From: Rhodobacter capsulatus SB 1003
GTDB lineage: Bacteria; Pseudomonadota; Alphaproteobacteria; Rhodobacterales; Rhodobacteraceae
Assembly: GCF_000021865.1 (NCBI RefSeq)
Contig: NC_014034.1
Coordinates: forward strand, 3,360,001-3,392,000
Direction of reading: 5' to 3'
DNA: 32,000 nucleotides
How positions within the stretch are numbered: position 1 is the first letter of the stretch; every line of letters begins with the position of its first letter. Below the pieces are notes generated by a model that saw only the letters and a program-made list of their open reading frames with translations, searched no databases and had not been told where the DNA came from. Positions 23,949 through 32,000 of the stretch are shown here, one piece after another. The translations under genes were made by a program, and so were the position numbers.

Positions 23949-25259
23949 ATGAACATGATCGCCCCGAGCGTGATCGCTCCCACCCCGCCCCGGACACTCG
24001 CCGACACCGGCCTGAACACGGTGCTGATGCGGGACATCCTGCTCAAGACCATGTTTCGCACCAACATGGACACGGTCAGCGGCCTTTCCAGGCTGATCTG
24101 CCTGCCGATCGCGCTGACCCAGGAACTGGTGGACATGGGCCGCAGCCAGCGTCTGATCGAGGCGATGGGCACGCTGCACGCCAATTCCGGCGGCGAGATG
24201 GGCTATCAGCTGACCGACGGCGGCAAGGCCCGCGCGCTCGATGCGCTGACGCAGTCGGAATATTACGGCGCGATGCCGGTGCCGCTGGCCGATTATTCGG
24301 TGCAGATGAAGAAGCAGTCGATTCGCAACATCCAGCTGACCCGGCCGCAGCTGATGGGGGCGATGGGGCATCTGGTGCTGCCGCCGACGCTGATCGACCA
24401 GCTTGGACCGGCGGTCTCCTCGGGGCGGTCGATCCTGATGTATGGCCCGCCCGGCAACGGCAAATCCTCGATCTCGAACGGCATCCGCGATGCGATCGGC
24501 GACCGGATCTACATTCCGCGCGCGGTCGAATATGCCGGTCAGGTGATCGTCGTCTACGACCCGATCGTGCATACCGCGGCGAGCGAGGAGATCGACGACC
24601 CGACCGCGCTGCGCAAATCCGGCAGCCGCTTCGACAGCCGCTATGTCTATTGCGACCGGCCGACGGTGATCACCGGGGGGGAATTGTCGCTCGACATGCT
24701 CGACCTCACCTACAACCCGACCGCGCGCACCTATACCGCGCCCTTGCAGATGAAGGCCTCGGGCGGGGTCTTCATCGTCGACGACCTTGGCCGTCAGGCC
24801 GAGCCGCCGCAGAAACTGGTCAACCGCTGGATCGTGCCGCTGGAAGAAAGCCGCGACATCCTGGCGCTGCAATCGGGCGAAAAGTTCGAGGTGCCCTTTG
24901 ACACGCTCGTCATCTTTTCGACGAACTTCCACCCGAACCAGATCTTCGACAAGGCGGCGCTGCGGCGGATCTTCTTCAAGATCAAGATCGACGGGCCGGG
25001 CCAGTCCGATTACCTGAAGATCTTCTCGCTCGTCGCGAAAAAGCGCGGCATGCCGCTGGGCGAAGCCGCGCTCGTGCATCTGCTGAAGGTGAAATATCCG
25101 ACGATCAACAACGTCTATGCGAATTATCAGCCGGTCTTCCTGATCGACCAGATGATCGCGATCTGCGACTTCGAGGGCATCCCCTATCAGATGACCCCCG
25201 AGCTGATCGACCGCGCCTGGTCGAACATGTTCGTGCGCGAGGAAGAGATCCTGCACTGA
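23949..25259 (+). CDS. AAA+ ATPase with an N-terminal winged-helix-like domain; family not assignable by eye
   Basis: Start at ATG 23949 (GGAG 8 nt upstream). It has Walker A MYGPPGNGKSS (nt 24444-24467 encode GPPGNGKS), Walker B GGVFIVDDLGRQ, sensor-1 LVIFSTNF and an Arg pair in DKAALRRIFFKIKIDGP. The N-terminal ~100 aa (..LSRLICLPIALTQELVDMGRSQRLIEAMG..YQLTDGGKARA) look like a wHTH domain. Confidence 0.8.
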   Translation: MNMIAPSVIAPTPPRTLADTGLNTVLMRDILLKTMFRTNMDTVSGLSRLICLPIALTQELVDMGRSQRLIEAMGTLHANSGGEMGYQLTDGGKARALDALTQSEYYGAMPVPLADYSVQMKKQSIRNIQLTRPQLMGAMGHLVLPPTLIDQLGPAVSSGRSILMYGPPGNGKSSISNGIRDAIGDRIYIPRAVEYAGQVIVVYDPIVHTAASEEIDDPTALRKSGSRFDSRYVYCDRPTVITGGELSLDMLDLTYNPTARTYTAPLQMKASGGVFIVDDLGRQAEPPQKLVNRWIVPLEESRDILALQSGEKFEVPFDTLVIFSTNFHPNQIFDKAALRRIFFKIKIDGPGQSDYLKIFSLVAKKRGMPLGEAALVHLLKVKYPTINNVYANYQPVFLIDQMIAICDFEGIPYQMTPELIDRAWSNMFVREEEILH

Positions 25260-25272
25260 GCCCGGCAGGGGG

Positions 25273-26217
25273 CTAACGCGCGGCAAGGGCCTGCGGCGCC
25301 TCCGGGCCGTTGTCGGCCTGCGGCGGGATCTCTTTCAGGCCAAGCGCCAGAACCGCGGGCGCATTGCCCCGCGATACCGGAACCTGCGTGCCGTCCTGCA
25401 GCGCCAGAAGGACCTTGCCCTGCCCCCGCATCACCCCGAGGATCGCCTGCCGCGCCACCCAATGCGAGCGGTGCACCTGCAGCCCCTCGACCCCTTCGGC
25501 GGCGCAGATCGCATCCGCCATCCGCAGCAGCACGGTTTCCGATCCGGCCTCGGTAAAGACCTCGACATAATGGTCGCGCATCTGCAGCCGGATCAGGGGC
25601 GCCCGCAGCCCGGGCGACAGCCGCGCCATCAGCCGCGCCGCGGCGTCACATCTGGGCGGGATCGGATCGGTCGGCGCGGGCTCTGGCGGAACGGTTCCGG
25701 CCCTGCCCTCCGCGGTCATCGGCGTCCCCGTCACCGGCATCCCTGTCACCGCCCCGCCCGTCACCGGCGTCCCGGGCCAGGTCGCCGCCACCGCATGCCG
25801 CAGCGTCGAGGTGATGATCGACATGATGAAGATGTAACTCGTCATCTCCATGATCGAGGGCACATTCTGCGCCGGTCCGGCCACGGCCCGGGCCAGCGCC
25901 AGAAACAGCGGCGTCAATCCCAGCGTGGCCAGAACGGCGATCAGCGGCGCCTCGGGCCAGAAGCTGCGCAGCCCCCAATAGTCGCGCACGATCACCCGCA
26001 ACAGCCCCCCGGTCAGCACGCCCAGACCGATGGTGATCGGCCAGAAGGCCAGCAATCCGGTCAGGGGAAACTGCTCGGTGCCAAAGGGACCCGCGACGAT
26101 TCCGAAGATCGAGGTGACCAGCCAGACCACCGGGATGACGGGCTGCGCCATCGCCCGACCATAGGCGCACAGAAACCTGCGCGTGCGAACAAAAGAGGGC
26201 ATGGCCCCTCGCCCCAT
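25273..26217 (-). CDS. Membrane-anchored LytTR-domain DNA-binding protein
   Basis: Four N-terminal hydrophobic helices are followed by a Pro/Thr/Gly linker and a C-terminal LytTR pattern (LIRLQMRDHYVEVFTEAGSETVLLRMADAI...GLQVHRSHWVARQAI). The start is uncertain (ATG 26217, 26202 or 26151). Confidence 0.8.
   Translation of the reverse strand: MGRGAMPSFVRTRRFLCAYGRAMAQPVIPVVWLVTSIFGIVAGPFGTEQFPLTGLLAFWPITIGLGVLTGGLLRVIVRDYWGLRSFWPEAPLIAVLATLGLTPLFLALARAVAGPAQNVPSIMEMTSYIFIMSIITSTLRHAVAATWPGTPVTGGAVTGMPVTGTPMTAEGRAGTVPPEPAPTDPIPPRCDAAARLMARLSPGLRAPLIRLQMRDHYVEVFTEAGSETVLLRMADAICAAEGVEGLQVHRSHWVARQAILGVMRGQGKVLLALQDGTQVPVSRGNAPAVLALGLKEIPPQADNGPEAPQALAAR
25726..25770 (-). repeat. Three imperfect 15-nt tandem repeats inside the LytTR-protein linker
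   Basis: On the plus strand: CCCCGTCACCGGCAT / CCCTGTCACCGCCCC / GCCCGTCACCGGCGT. Together they encode ..TPVTGGAVTGMPVTG... Confidence 0.7.
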
Positions 26218-26340
26218 TCAAAAACACAACCATGTCAATATGCTAGCGATGCGGCTACGGCCAGGCAACCGTGATTGTTGTCACAGCTGACCGGCGCGCA
26301 GCGCATGGCATGAATTCTGTTGAAAGCCCGGCGGGCGGGC

Positions 26341-27231
26341 TCAGGCGGTCAGGCCCTCGGGTTCGGCCAGACCATGCGCCCGGCAGCAGGCGGTCAGCGT
26401 ATTGGCCAGAAGACAGGCGATGGTCATCGGCCCGACCCCGCCCGGAACCGGGGTGATCGCGCCCGCAACCTGAACGGCGCTGTCGAAATGCACGTCGCCC
26501 ACCAGCTTGCCCTTGCCGTCGCGCTCGATGCGGTTGATGCCCACGTCGATCACCGTCGCCCCCGGTTTCACCCAATCGCCCGGGATCATCTCGGGGCGCC
26601 CCACGGCGGCAACCAGAATGTCGGCGCGTCGGCACACCTCGGCCAGATCCTTGGTGCGCGAATGCGCGATGGTGACGGTGCAGCTGTCGGCCAGCAGCAG
26701 TTGCGCCATCGGCTTGCCGACGATGTTCGAACGCCCGACGACGACCGCAGTCAGCCCCGCAAGCGATCCGTGATGGTCGCGCAGCATCATCAGGCAGCCC
26801 AAGGGCGTGCAGGGCACCATCGCCTTTTGCCCGGTGCCCAGAAGCCCGACGTTCGAGATGTGGAACCCGTCCACGTCCTTGGCCGGATCGATGGCATTGA
26901 TCACCAGATCGGCATCCAGATGTTTCGGCAGCGGCAGCTGCACCAGAATGCCATGCACCGCCGGATCGGCATTCAGCCGCGCGATCAGCGCCAGCAGATC
27001 GGCTTCCGAAGTGTCCGCCGACAGCTTGTGCTCATAGGAGTTCATCCCGACTTCGCGGGTCTGGATGCCCTTGTTCTTCACATAAACCTGGCTCGCCGGG
27101 TCTTCGCCCACCAGCACCACGGCCAGACCCGGGGTCAGGCCCTGCGTCTCCTGCAGCCGCGCCACATGCGTTGCGACCTCGGCCCGCACCCTGGCCGCGA
27201 ACGCCTTGCCGTCGATGATCTTCGCGCTCAA
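26341..27231 (-). CDS. folD: Bifunctional 5,10-methylene-THF dehydrogenase / 5,10-methenyl-THF cyclohydrolase
   Basis: (L/M)[18 protein letters not shown]...[14 protein letters not shown]...[16 protein letters not shown]...[12 protein letters not shown] is canonical FolD. No ATG exists at the conserved N-terminus. I call the TTG start at 27231 (GGGAGA 6 nt upstream), overlapping the upstream stop as TTGA, which gives 296 aa. The track ORF to 27540 is a frame-through extension. Confidence 0.88.
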   Translation of the reverse strand: MSAKIIDGKAFAARVRAEVATHVARLQETQGLTPGLAVVLVGEDPASQVYVKNKGIQTREVGMNSYEHKLSADTSEADLLALIARLNADPAVHGILVQLPLPKHLDADLVINAIDPAKDVDGFHISNVGLLGTGQKAMVPCTPLGCLMMLRDHHGSLAGLTAVVVGRSNIVGKPMAQLLLADSCTVTIAHSRTKDLAEVCRRADILVAAVGRPEMIPGDWVKPGATVIDVGINRIERDGKGKLVGDVHFDSAVQVAGAITPVPGGVGPMTIACLLANTLTACCRAHGLAEPEGLTA

Positions 27232-27533
27232 ATTCCGTCTCCCTTGCCCAGAACCCGCTCTTCGCGGGCGATCGACCATTCCACCATCATCCGCCACATC
27301 GCCTCGATCAGCTCGGGGTCCATCCCCCGCGCCTCGGCGGCGCTGCGCGCATTGCTCACCACTTCCTCGACCCGCGCCTTGATCCGCGCGGGCATGCCCT
27401 CGGCGGGCTTGAGTTCGGCGGCACGGTCGATGAACCGCGCCCGATCGGCCAGCAGCGCCACGAGGCGCAGATCCAGCGCGTCGATCTCGGCCCGCAGTTC
27501 GGCCATCGAGGTGATTTCGGAGGGCTCTTTCAT
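27228..27533 (-). CDS. AroQ-class chorismate mutase-like protein (101 aa)
   Basis: Start at ATG 27533: [64 protein letters not shown]...[14 protein letters not shown]. The LR.EID..D..L..LL..R pattern and the later R..R.EE block resemble AroQ/PchB-type mutases. Confidence 0.65.
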   Translation of the reverse strand: MKEPSEITSMAELRAEIDALDLRLVALLADRARFIDRAAELKPAEGMPARIKARVEEVVSNARSAAEARGMDPELIEAMWRMMVEWSIAREERVLGKGDGI

Positions 27534-27597
27534 TCGGCAAGTTCCGCTTTTATGCCCTGCTCCTATCGCACCTTGTCGCCCGCTTCTCAACCCCGCC

Positions 27598-29271
27598 TCA
27601 GAACAACCCCTGAATCTCGCCTGCGGCATCAAGGCGGATCGTCTCTGCCGCCGGATGCCGGGGCAGGCCCGGCATCGTCATGATCTCGCCGCAGATCGCC
27701 ACTACGAAGCCCGCGCCCGCCGCCAGCCGCACCTCGCGCAGCGGGATCACATGCCCCGTGGGGGCACCGCGCAGCGCGGGATCGGCGGAAAAGGAATATT
27801 GCGTCTTCGCCATGCAGATCGGCAGCGAACCATGCCCCGCCGCCTCCCAGGCGGCGAGCTGCGCCAGCACGGCCTTGTCCGCGGTCACCGCTTCGGCATG
27901 ATAGATGCGCCGCGCGATCGTCTCGATCTTGTCGAAAAGCCCGATGTCGTCGGGGTAAAGCGGTGCAAAACGGCTGTCCGTATCGCACAGCTCCACCACC
28001 TTGCGCGCCAGATCGGCAGCCCCCGGCCCGCCCTCGGACCAGTGCCGACAGGGGATCGCGGAAACGCCAAGACCCGCGGCCGCATCGACAATCGCCGCGA
28101 CCTCGGCCGGGGTATCGGCGTCAAAGGCATTGATCGCCACCACCACCGGCACGCCGAAGCCGCGGGTATTGGCGATGTGACGGGCCAGGTTGGCACAGCC
28201 GCGCTGCACCGCGCCCACATCCTCGCGGCCCAGATCCTCGCGCGCGACACCGCCATGCATCTTCATCGCCCGCACCGTGGCCACGATCACCGCCGCGGCG
28301 GGCGCCAACCCGGCCTTGCGGCATTTGATGTCGAAGAACTTCTCCGCCCCCAGATCGGCGCCAAACCCCGCCTCGGTCACCACGTAATCGGCCAGCCGCA
28401 GCGCGGTCTTCGTGGCGATGACCGAATTGCAGCCATGCGCGATATTGGCAAAGGGCCCGCCATGCACGAAGGCGGGCGTGTGGGCGATCGTCTGCACGAG
28501 GTTCGGCTGCAACGCATCCTTCAGCAGCACCACCATCGCGCCATCCGCGCCAAGCTCTCGGCAGGTCACCGCGGTCTTGTCGGCCCGGTAGGCGACGACG
28601 ATCCGGCCCAGACGGTCCTGCAGATCGGCCAGATCCTCGGCCAGACACAGACAGGCCATGACCTCCGACGCCACCGTGATGTCGAAGCCGGTCTGGCGCG
28701 GAACCCCGTTCGCGGCCCCGCCCAGCCCCACCACCACCTCGCGCAGGGCGCGGTCGTTCATGTCCATCACCCGCCGCCAGACGATGCGGCGCGGGTCGAT
28801 CTGCAGCGCATTGCCCCAATGGAGGTGGTTGTCGATCATCGCCGCCAACAGATTGTGCGCCGCGGTGATGGCGTGGAAATCGCCGGTGAAATGCAGGTTG
28901 ATGTCTTCCATCGGCAGCACCTGCGACAGCCCGCCCCCCGCCGCGCCGCCCTTCATGCCGAAATTCGGACCCAGCGAGGCCTCGCGCAGGCAGATCGCCG
29001 CCCGGTGGCCCAGATGCGCCAGCGCATCGCCAAGGCCCACCGTGGTCGTCGTCTTGCCCTCGCCCGCGGGGGTCGGGTTGACGGCCGTCACCAGAATCAG
29101 CCGCCCCATCGGCCGGTCGCGCAGCCCGGCCAGGAAATCGGCCTCGATCTTGGCCTTGTCGCGGCCATGGGGGATCAGCGCCGCCTCGGGGATGTCCAGC
29201 TTGGCGGCGATCTCGGGGATCGGCCGCTTTTCCGCCGCCCGGGCGATCTCGATATCGGTTCTGACGGCCAT
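27598..29271 (-). CDS. fhs: Formate--tetrahydrofolate ligase
   Basis: Start at ATG 29271 (AGGAGAGG upstream): [18 protein letters not shown]...[20 protein letters not shown]...[14 protein letters not shown]... This is canonical Fhs, 557 aa. Confidence 0.95.
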   Translation of the reverse strand: MAVRTDIEIARAAEKRPIPEIAAKLDIPEAALIPHGRDKAKIEADFLAGLRDRPMGRLILVTAVNPTPAGEGKTTTTVGLGDALAHLGHRAAICLREASLGPNFGMKGGAAGGGLSQVLPMEDINLHFTGDFHAITAAHNLLAAMIDNHLHWGNALQIDPRRIVWRRVMDMNDRALREVVVGLGGAANGVPRQTGFDITVASEVMACLCLAEDLADLQDRLGRIVVAYRADKTAVTCRELGADGAMVVLLKDALQPNLVQTIAHTPAFVHGGPFANIAHGCNSVIATKTALRLADYVVTEAGFGADLGAEKFFDIKCRKAGLAPAAAVIVATVRAMKMHGGVAREDLGREDVGAVQRGCANLARHIANTRGFGVPVVVAINAFDADTPAEVAAIVDAAAGLGVSAIPCRHWSEGGPGAADLARKVVELCDTDSRFAPLYPDDIGLFDKIETIARRIYHAEAVTADKAVLAQLAAWEAAGHGSLPICMAKTQYSFSADPALRGAPTGHVIPLREVRLAAGAGFVVAICGEIMTMPGLPRHPAAETIRLDAAGEIQGLF

Positions 29272-29509
29272 GCGATCCTCTCCTTTCGTGGCTTCGCACG
29301 CGGCGCCCGCCCTGCCTCGGCAAGCTAGCCGCTGCGTCCCCGGGGGCAGTCCGCATTTGCGACGCCGCAATGCCCGAATCCGCCCCGCCTGCGCAAGATG
29401 GCACCATTTCCCCGTGGCCCTGAAAGGCCGCGGAAATTAAGCTTGCCCGGCAACCGCAGATTGACAAGGTTGCGCCTCATCTTGCGACCAACAAACAGGC
29501 AGGGCCGGA

Positions 29510-30853
29510 ATGACGGACAATATTTATTATGTCGAAGATCTTGTCAGCGGCGGGAAAACCGTCACGCTGAGCGATGACGGCACGGGGCTTGACTGGCTGA
29601 TGCTGCGCAATTCCCATGATGGCGCCGCGATCAGCCTCTCGTGGTGGTCGGTGCGCGGTCTCAGCACCGAGGCCGAATCGATCTTTGTCGACAATGACAT
29701 CGCCGCAGAGCTGATCGTGCTCGGGCGGATCGAGAATGCCCGCGGCGCCGGGGGCGATGACTGGATCCGCGGCAACGAACTCGGCAACCAGCTTCTCGGC
29801 GACGAGAACACCTATGGCCTGGGCGGCGCGGACACGCTGGACGGGGCCGAGGGCGACGATTCCATCTATGGCGGCAGCGGCAACGACGAGATCCTGGGCG
29901 ATACCGGCAACGACCTGCTGTTCGGCAATGCGGACAATGACACGATCCTGGGCGGCAGCGGCCGGGACACGATCACCGGCGGCACCGGCGCCGATGTACT
30001 GGACGGGGGCGCGAATGCGGGCGACCTGCTCAGCTACGCGCAATCCTCCGCCGGGGTTCGGGTGGTCCTGAGCTACGGCGCCACGACACGCGGCACCGGC
30101 GGGGATGCCGAGGGCGATCGCATCACCGGCTTCTTCGACATCGTCGGCAGCGCCAATGATGACAAGCTGTTCGACTCGGTGGTCACCGATCTGGCGCAGG
30201 GGGGCAACGCCAATTTCTTTGACGGCGGGCTGGGCAACGACCTGCTGTCGATGGGCGGCGGCAACGACACCGCGCTGGGCGGACGGGGCGATGACACGCT
30301 GCAGGGCGGCAATGGCAACGACCTTCTGGATGGCGGCATCGGCCGCGATGTGATCCAGGCGGGCAACGGCAATGACACCGTGACCGGCGGTCTTGGCACC
30401 GACCGGATCAACGGCAACAGCGGCAATGACCGGATCGACGGCGGCGACGGCAACGACACGCTGGCGGGGGATGCGGGCGATGACGTGCTGATCTCGGGGC
30501 GCGGCTCCGATCTGCTGACCGGCGGCTTCGGCGCCGATCGGTTCGTCTTCGCCACCGTCTCCGACAGCGGCGCCGGGGCGGGCTTTGACAAGATCACCGA
30601 TTTCAAGGGCGCCGAGGGCGACCGGATCGATCTTTCCGGCATCGACGCGAACCGCAATGCGCCGGGGGATGCCGCCTTCACCTTCCTCGGCACCAAGGCC
30701 TTCACCGGCGCAGGGGCGGAATTGCGCGTCGTCGGCGGCGCAGACGGGTGGCGGGCGCTGGCCGATCTCGACGGCGACCGGGTGGCCGATTTCGCCCTGA
30801 CCCTGTCGGGCAGCGATCTGCCGATGCCCGTGGCGGACAACTTCCTGCTTTGA
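29510..30853 (+). CDS. RTX-type calcium-binding protein (two blocks of GGxGxDxUx nonapeptides plus a serralysin-like C-terminal secretion/beta-roll domain)
   Basis: 447 aa. The N-terminal ~80 aa have no recognisable motif. Then come the repeats (GGADTLDGAEGDDSIYGGSGNDEILGDTGND..., GGNGNDLLDGGIGRDVIQAGNGNDTVTGGLGTDRINGNSGNDRIDGGDGNDTLAGDAGDD). The C-terminus is GADRFVF...DKITDFKGAEGDRIDLSGIDAN...AFTFLGTKAFTGAGAELRV. Confidence 0.88.
   Translation: MTDNIYYVEDLVSGGKTVTLSDDGTGLDWLMLRNSHDGAAISLSWWSVRGLSTEAESIFVDNDIAAELIVLGRIENARGAGGDDWIRGNELGNQLLGDENTYGLGGADTLDGAEGDDSIYGGSGNDEILGDTGNDLLFGNADNDTILGGSGRDTITGGTGADVLDGGANAGDLLSYAQSSAGVRVVLSYGATTRGTGGDAEGDRITGFFDIVGSANDDKLFDSVVTDLAQGGNANFFDGGLGNDLLSMGGGNDTALGGRGDDTLQGGNGNDLLDGGIGRDVIQAGNGNDTVTGGLGTDRINGNSGNDRIDGGDGNDTLAGDAGDDVLISGRGSDLLTGGFGADRFVFATVSDSGAGAGFDKITDFKGAEGDRIDLSGIDANRNAPGDAAFTFLGTKAFTGAGAELRVVGGADGWRALADLDGDRVADFALTLSGSDLPMPVADNFLL
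29747..30544 (+). repeat. Coding tandem nonapeptide (RTX) repeat arrays (about 29747-30034 and 30215-30544)
   Basis: GGC-AAC/GGC-GAC-rich 27-nt periodic units are visible in the DNA and in the translation. Confidence 0.8.
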
Positions 30854-30865
30854 TCGCAGAAAAAA

Positions 30866-30889
30866 CCTGCGCCGGTTCCCCGGCGCAGG
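30866..30889 (-). terminator. Intrinsic terminator of ftsH (may also stop the convergent RTX gene)
   Basis: CCTGCGCCGG (30866-30875), loop TTCC, CCGGCGCAGG (30880-30889). AAAAAA (30860-30865) provides a U-tract on the minus strand. Confidence 0.75.
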
Positions 30890-30930
30890 CCTGATGGTCG
30901 GATCTGTCGCGAACGCCTCAGGCGTTCGGT

Positions 30931-32000
30931 TCAGGCATTCGGTTCGGGCGCGATGCCGGGCTTGGCCACGGGTTTCGTGCGCGGCAACGAGGTCACCGTG
31001 GGCAGGCTGCCCGAGGGCCGGTCGTCATCGCCGCCCAGCGTCTCGCCCGCCATCACCTTGCGGATCTCGTCGCCGGTCAGGGTTTCATATTCCAGAAGAC
31101 CCTGCGCCAGCCGTTCCCATTCCTCGATGTTTTCCTCAAGGATGCGCCGCGCCTCGATATAGCCGTTCTCGATCAGGATGCGGACCTCTTCCTCGATCAG
31201 CTCCTTGGTCTTGGTCGAGACCGAGAAGCCCGCGGTATTGCCCTGATAGCCCTCATGCGCTTCGGAATAGTCGATATTGCCGACCTTGTCCGACATCCCC
31301 CAGCGCATCACCATCGCCCGCGCGATCGCGCTGGCTTGCATGATGTCGCCCGCCGGACCGTTCGAGACGGCCTCTTCGCCCCATTTCAGGATCTCGGCCG
31401 CCTTGCCCGCCATGGTCATGGCGATCTTCTGCTTGGCCTCGTCCTTGTGGTAGTTCAGCCGGTCCATCTCGGGCAGGCTGACCACCATCCCCAGCGCCTG
31501 ACCGCGCGGAATGATCGTCGCCTTGTAGACCGGGTCGCATTTCGGCAGCTTCATGCCGACGACGGCATGCCCGGCCTCGTGATAGGCGGTCATTTCCTTC
31601 TGCTCGGGGGTCAGCACCATCGAGCGCCGCTCGACCCCCATCATCACCTTGTCCTTGGCGTTTTCGAAATCTTCCATCGTCACGAAGCGACGCCCAACCC
31701 GCGCGGCCATCAGCGCGGCCTCGTTCACCAGGTTCGCCAGATCGGCACCCGAGAAACCGGGGGTGCCGCGGGCGATGGTGCGCAGATCGACATCCGGCCC
31801 GCGCGGGATCTTGTTCGCGTGCACCGACAGGATCTTTTCGCGGCCCTTGATATCGGGGTTCGGCACATGGATCTGCCGGTCGAAGCGGCCCGGACGCAGC
31901 AGCGCCGGATCAAGCACGTCCTTGCGGTTCGTCGCCGCGACGATGATGATCCCCTCGTTCGCCTCGAACCCGTCCATCTCGACCAGAAGCTGGTTCAGCG
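30931..32000 (-). CDS. ftsH: ATP-dependent zinc metalloprotease FtsH, C-terminal ~355 aa (5' part lies beyond the window)
   Basis: ..[53 protein letters not shown]...[12 protein letters not shown] (HEXXH). The frame stays open to position 32000. Confidence 0.95.
   Translation of the reverse strand, partial: LNQLLVEMDGFEANEGIIIVAATNRKDVLDPALLRPGRFDRQIHVPNPDIKGREKILSVHANKIPRGPDVDLRTIARGTPGFSGADLANLVNEAALMAARVGRRFVTMEDFENAKDKVMMGVERRSMVLTPEQKEMTAYHEAGHAVVGMKLPKCDPVYKATIIPRGQALGMVVSLPEMDRLNYHKDEAKQKIAMTMAGKAAEILKWGEEAVSNGPAGDIMQASAIARAMVMRWGMSDKVGNIDYSEAHEGYQGNTAGFSVSTKTKELIEEEVRILIENGYIEARRILEENIEEWERLAQGLLEYETLTGDEIRKVMAGETLGGDDDRPSGSLPTVTSLPRTKPVAKPGIAPEPNA

Noticed and set aside
22066-24184. 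Long ORFs 22066..23832 (+) and 22502..24184 (-) overlapping the membrane-protein gene
   Set aside because: Their Arg/Pro/Gln/Gly-rich translations have no hydrophobic or catalytic pattern. The frame 22195..23844 (-) gives a coherent polytopic membrane protein with an SD-preceded ATG.
26320-29328. A 1002-aa ORF on the plus strand spanning the folD / chorismate mutase / fhs region
   Set aside because: It is antisense to three genes with unmistakable protein signatures. Its translation is Arg/Gly/His/Pro/Ala-rich and low-complexity with no motifs. This is the typical stop-poor shadow frame of high-GC DNA.
29385-29395. Possible ZTP (pfl) riboswitch in the fhs leader, prompted by CCGCCTGCGCA resembling the CCGCCUGGGCA 3' motif
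   Set aside because: It is on the wrong strand for fhs and has a mismatch in the invariant GGG. I could not find the 5' GGGUCGUGACUGGCG-type subdomain on either strand of 29272-29480.
29747-30544. CRISPR-like periodicity in the RTX gene (and Pro-rich periodicity at 6850-7560)
   Set aside because: The repeats are in-frame coding repeats (a 27-nt nonapeptide unit; Pro/Glu/Ala low complexity). They have no spacer/repeat architecture and no cas genes.

Overview
This is a high-GC alphaproteobacterial chromosome segment. Gene content and synteny (mcl1, phaAB, ftsEX, argH-lysA-TIGR02302) suggest Rhodobacterales, most like Rhodobacter capsulatus; the organism call is inference only. It holds about 30 tightly packed protein genes on both strands, all with a GC3-rich codon pattern. 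The many long Arg/Gly/Pro/Ala-rich ORFs in the track are antisense or off-frame shadows. Left to right: dgcA (partial) and dgcN; mcl1; accA; the plsC-ftsX-ftsE operon (minus); an MJ0042 zinc-ribbon / Pro-rich membrane protein; and the argH - two micro-lipoproteins - lysA - TIGR02302 operon (minus). Next come a TlpA-like thioredoxin; an Aer-type PAS protein divergent from a stand-alone EAL phosphodiesterase; phaA-phaB; an EamA transporter; DUF465; DUF2007 plus an NPPY methyltransferase; and ispB. The right end holds a large polytopic membrane protein divergent from a winged-helix-like AAA+ ATPase; a membrane-anchored LytTR regulator; the fhs - chorismate-mutase-like - folD operon (minus); an orphan RTX protein; and ftsH (partial). 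I saw no rRNA, tRNA, CRISPR, IS, integrase or phage genes. This looks like ordinary core genome, and I cannot point to a clear-cut defence or mobile system. The best unexplained leads are: (1) exact AT-rich boxes and GCGCAA..TTGCGC palindromes shared by the upstream regions of mcl1, phaA and phaB, all ethylmalonyl-CoA pathway genes; (2) the Aer-PAS protein with an internally duplicated MCP-tip-like segment, paired with an EAL gene; (3) the unassignable membrane protein / AAA+ ATPase / membrane-LytTR neighbourhood; (4) an AroQ-like gene translationally coupled inside the fhs-folD C1 operon. All functional calls come from reading the translations by eye; no database search was possible.
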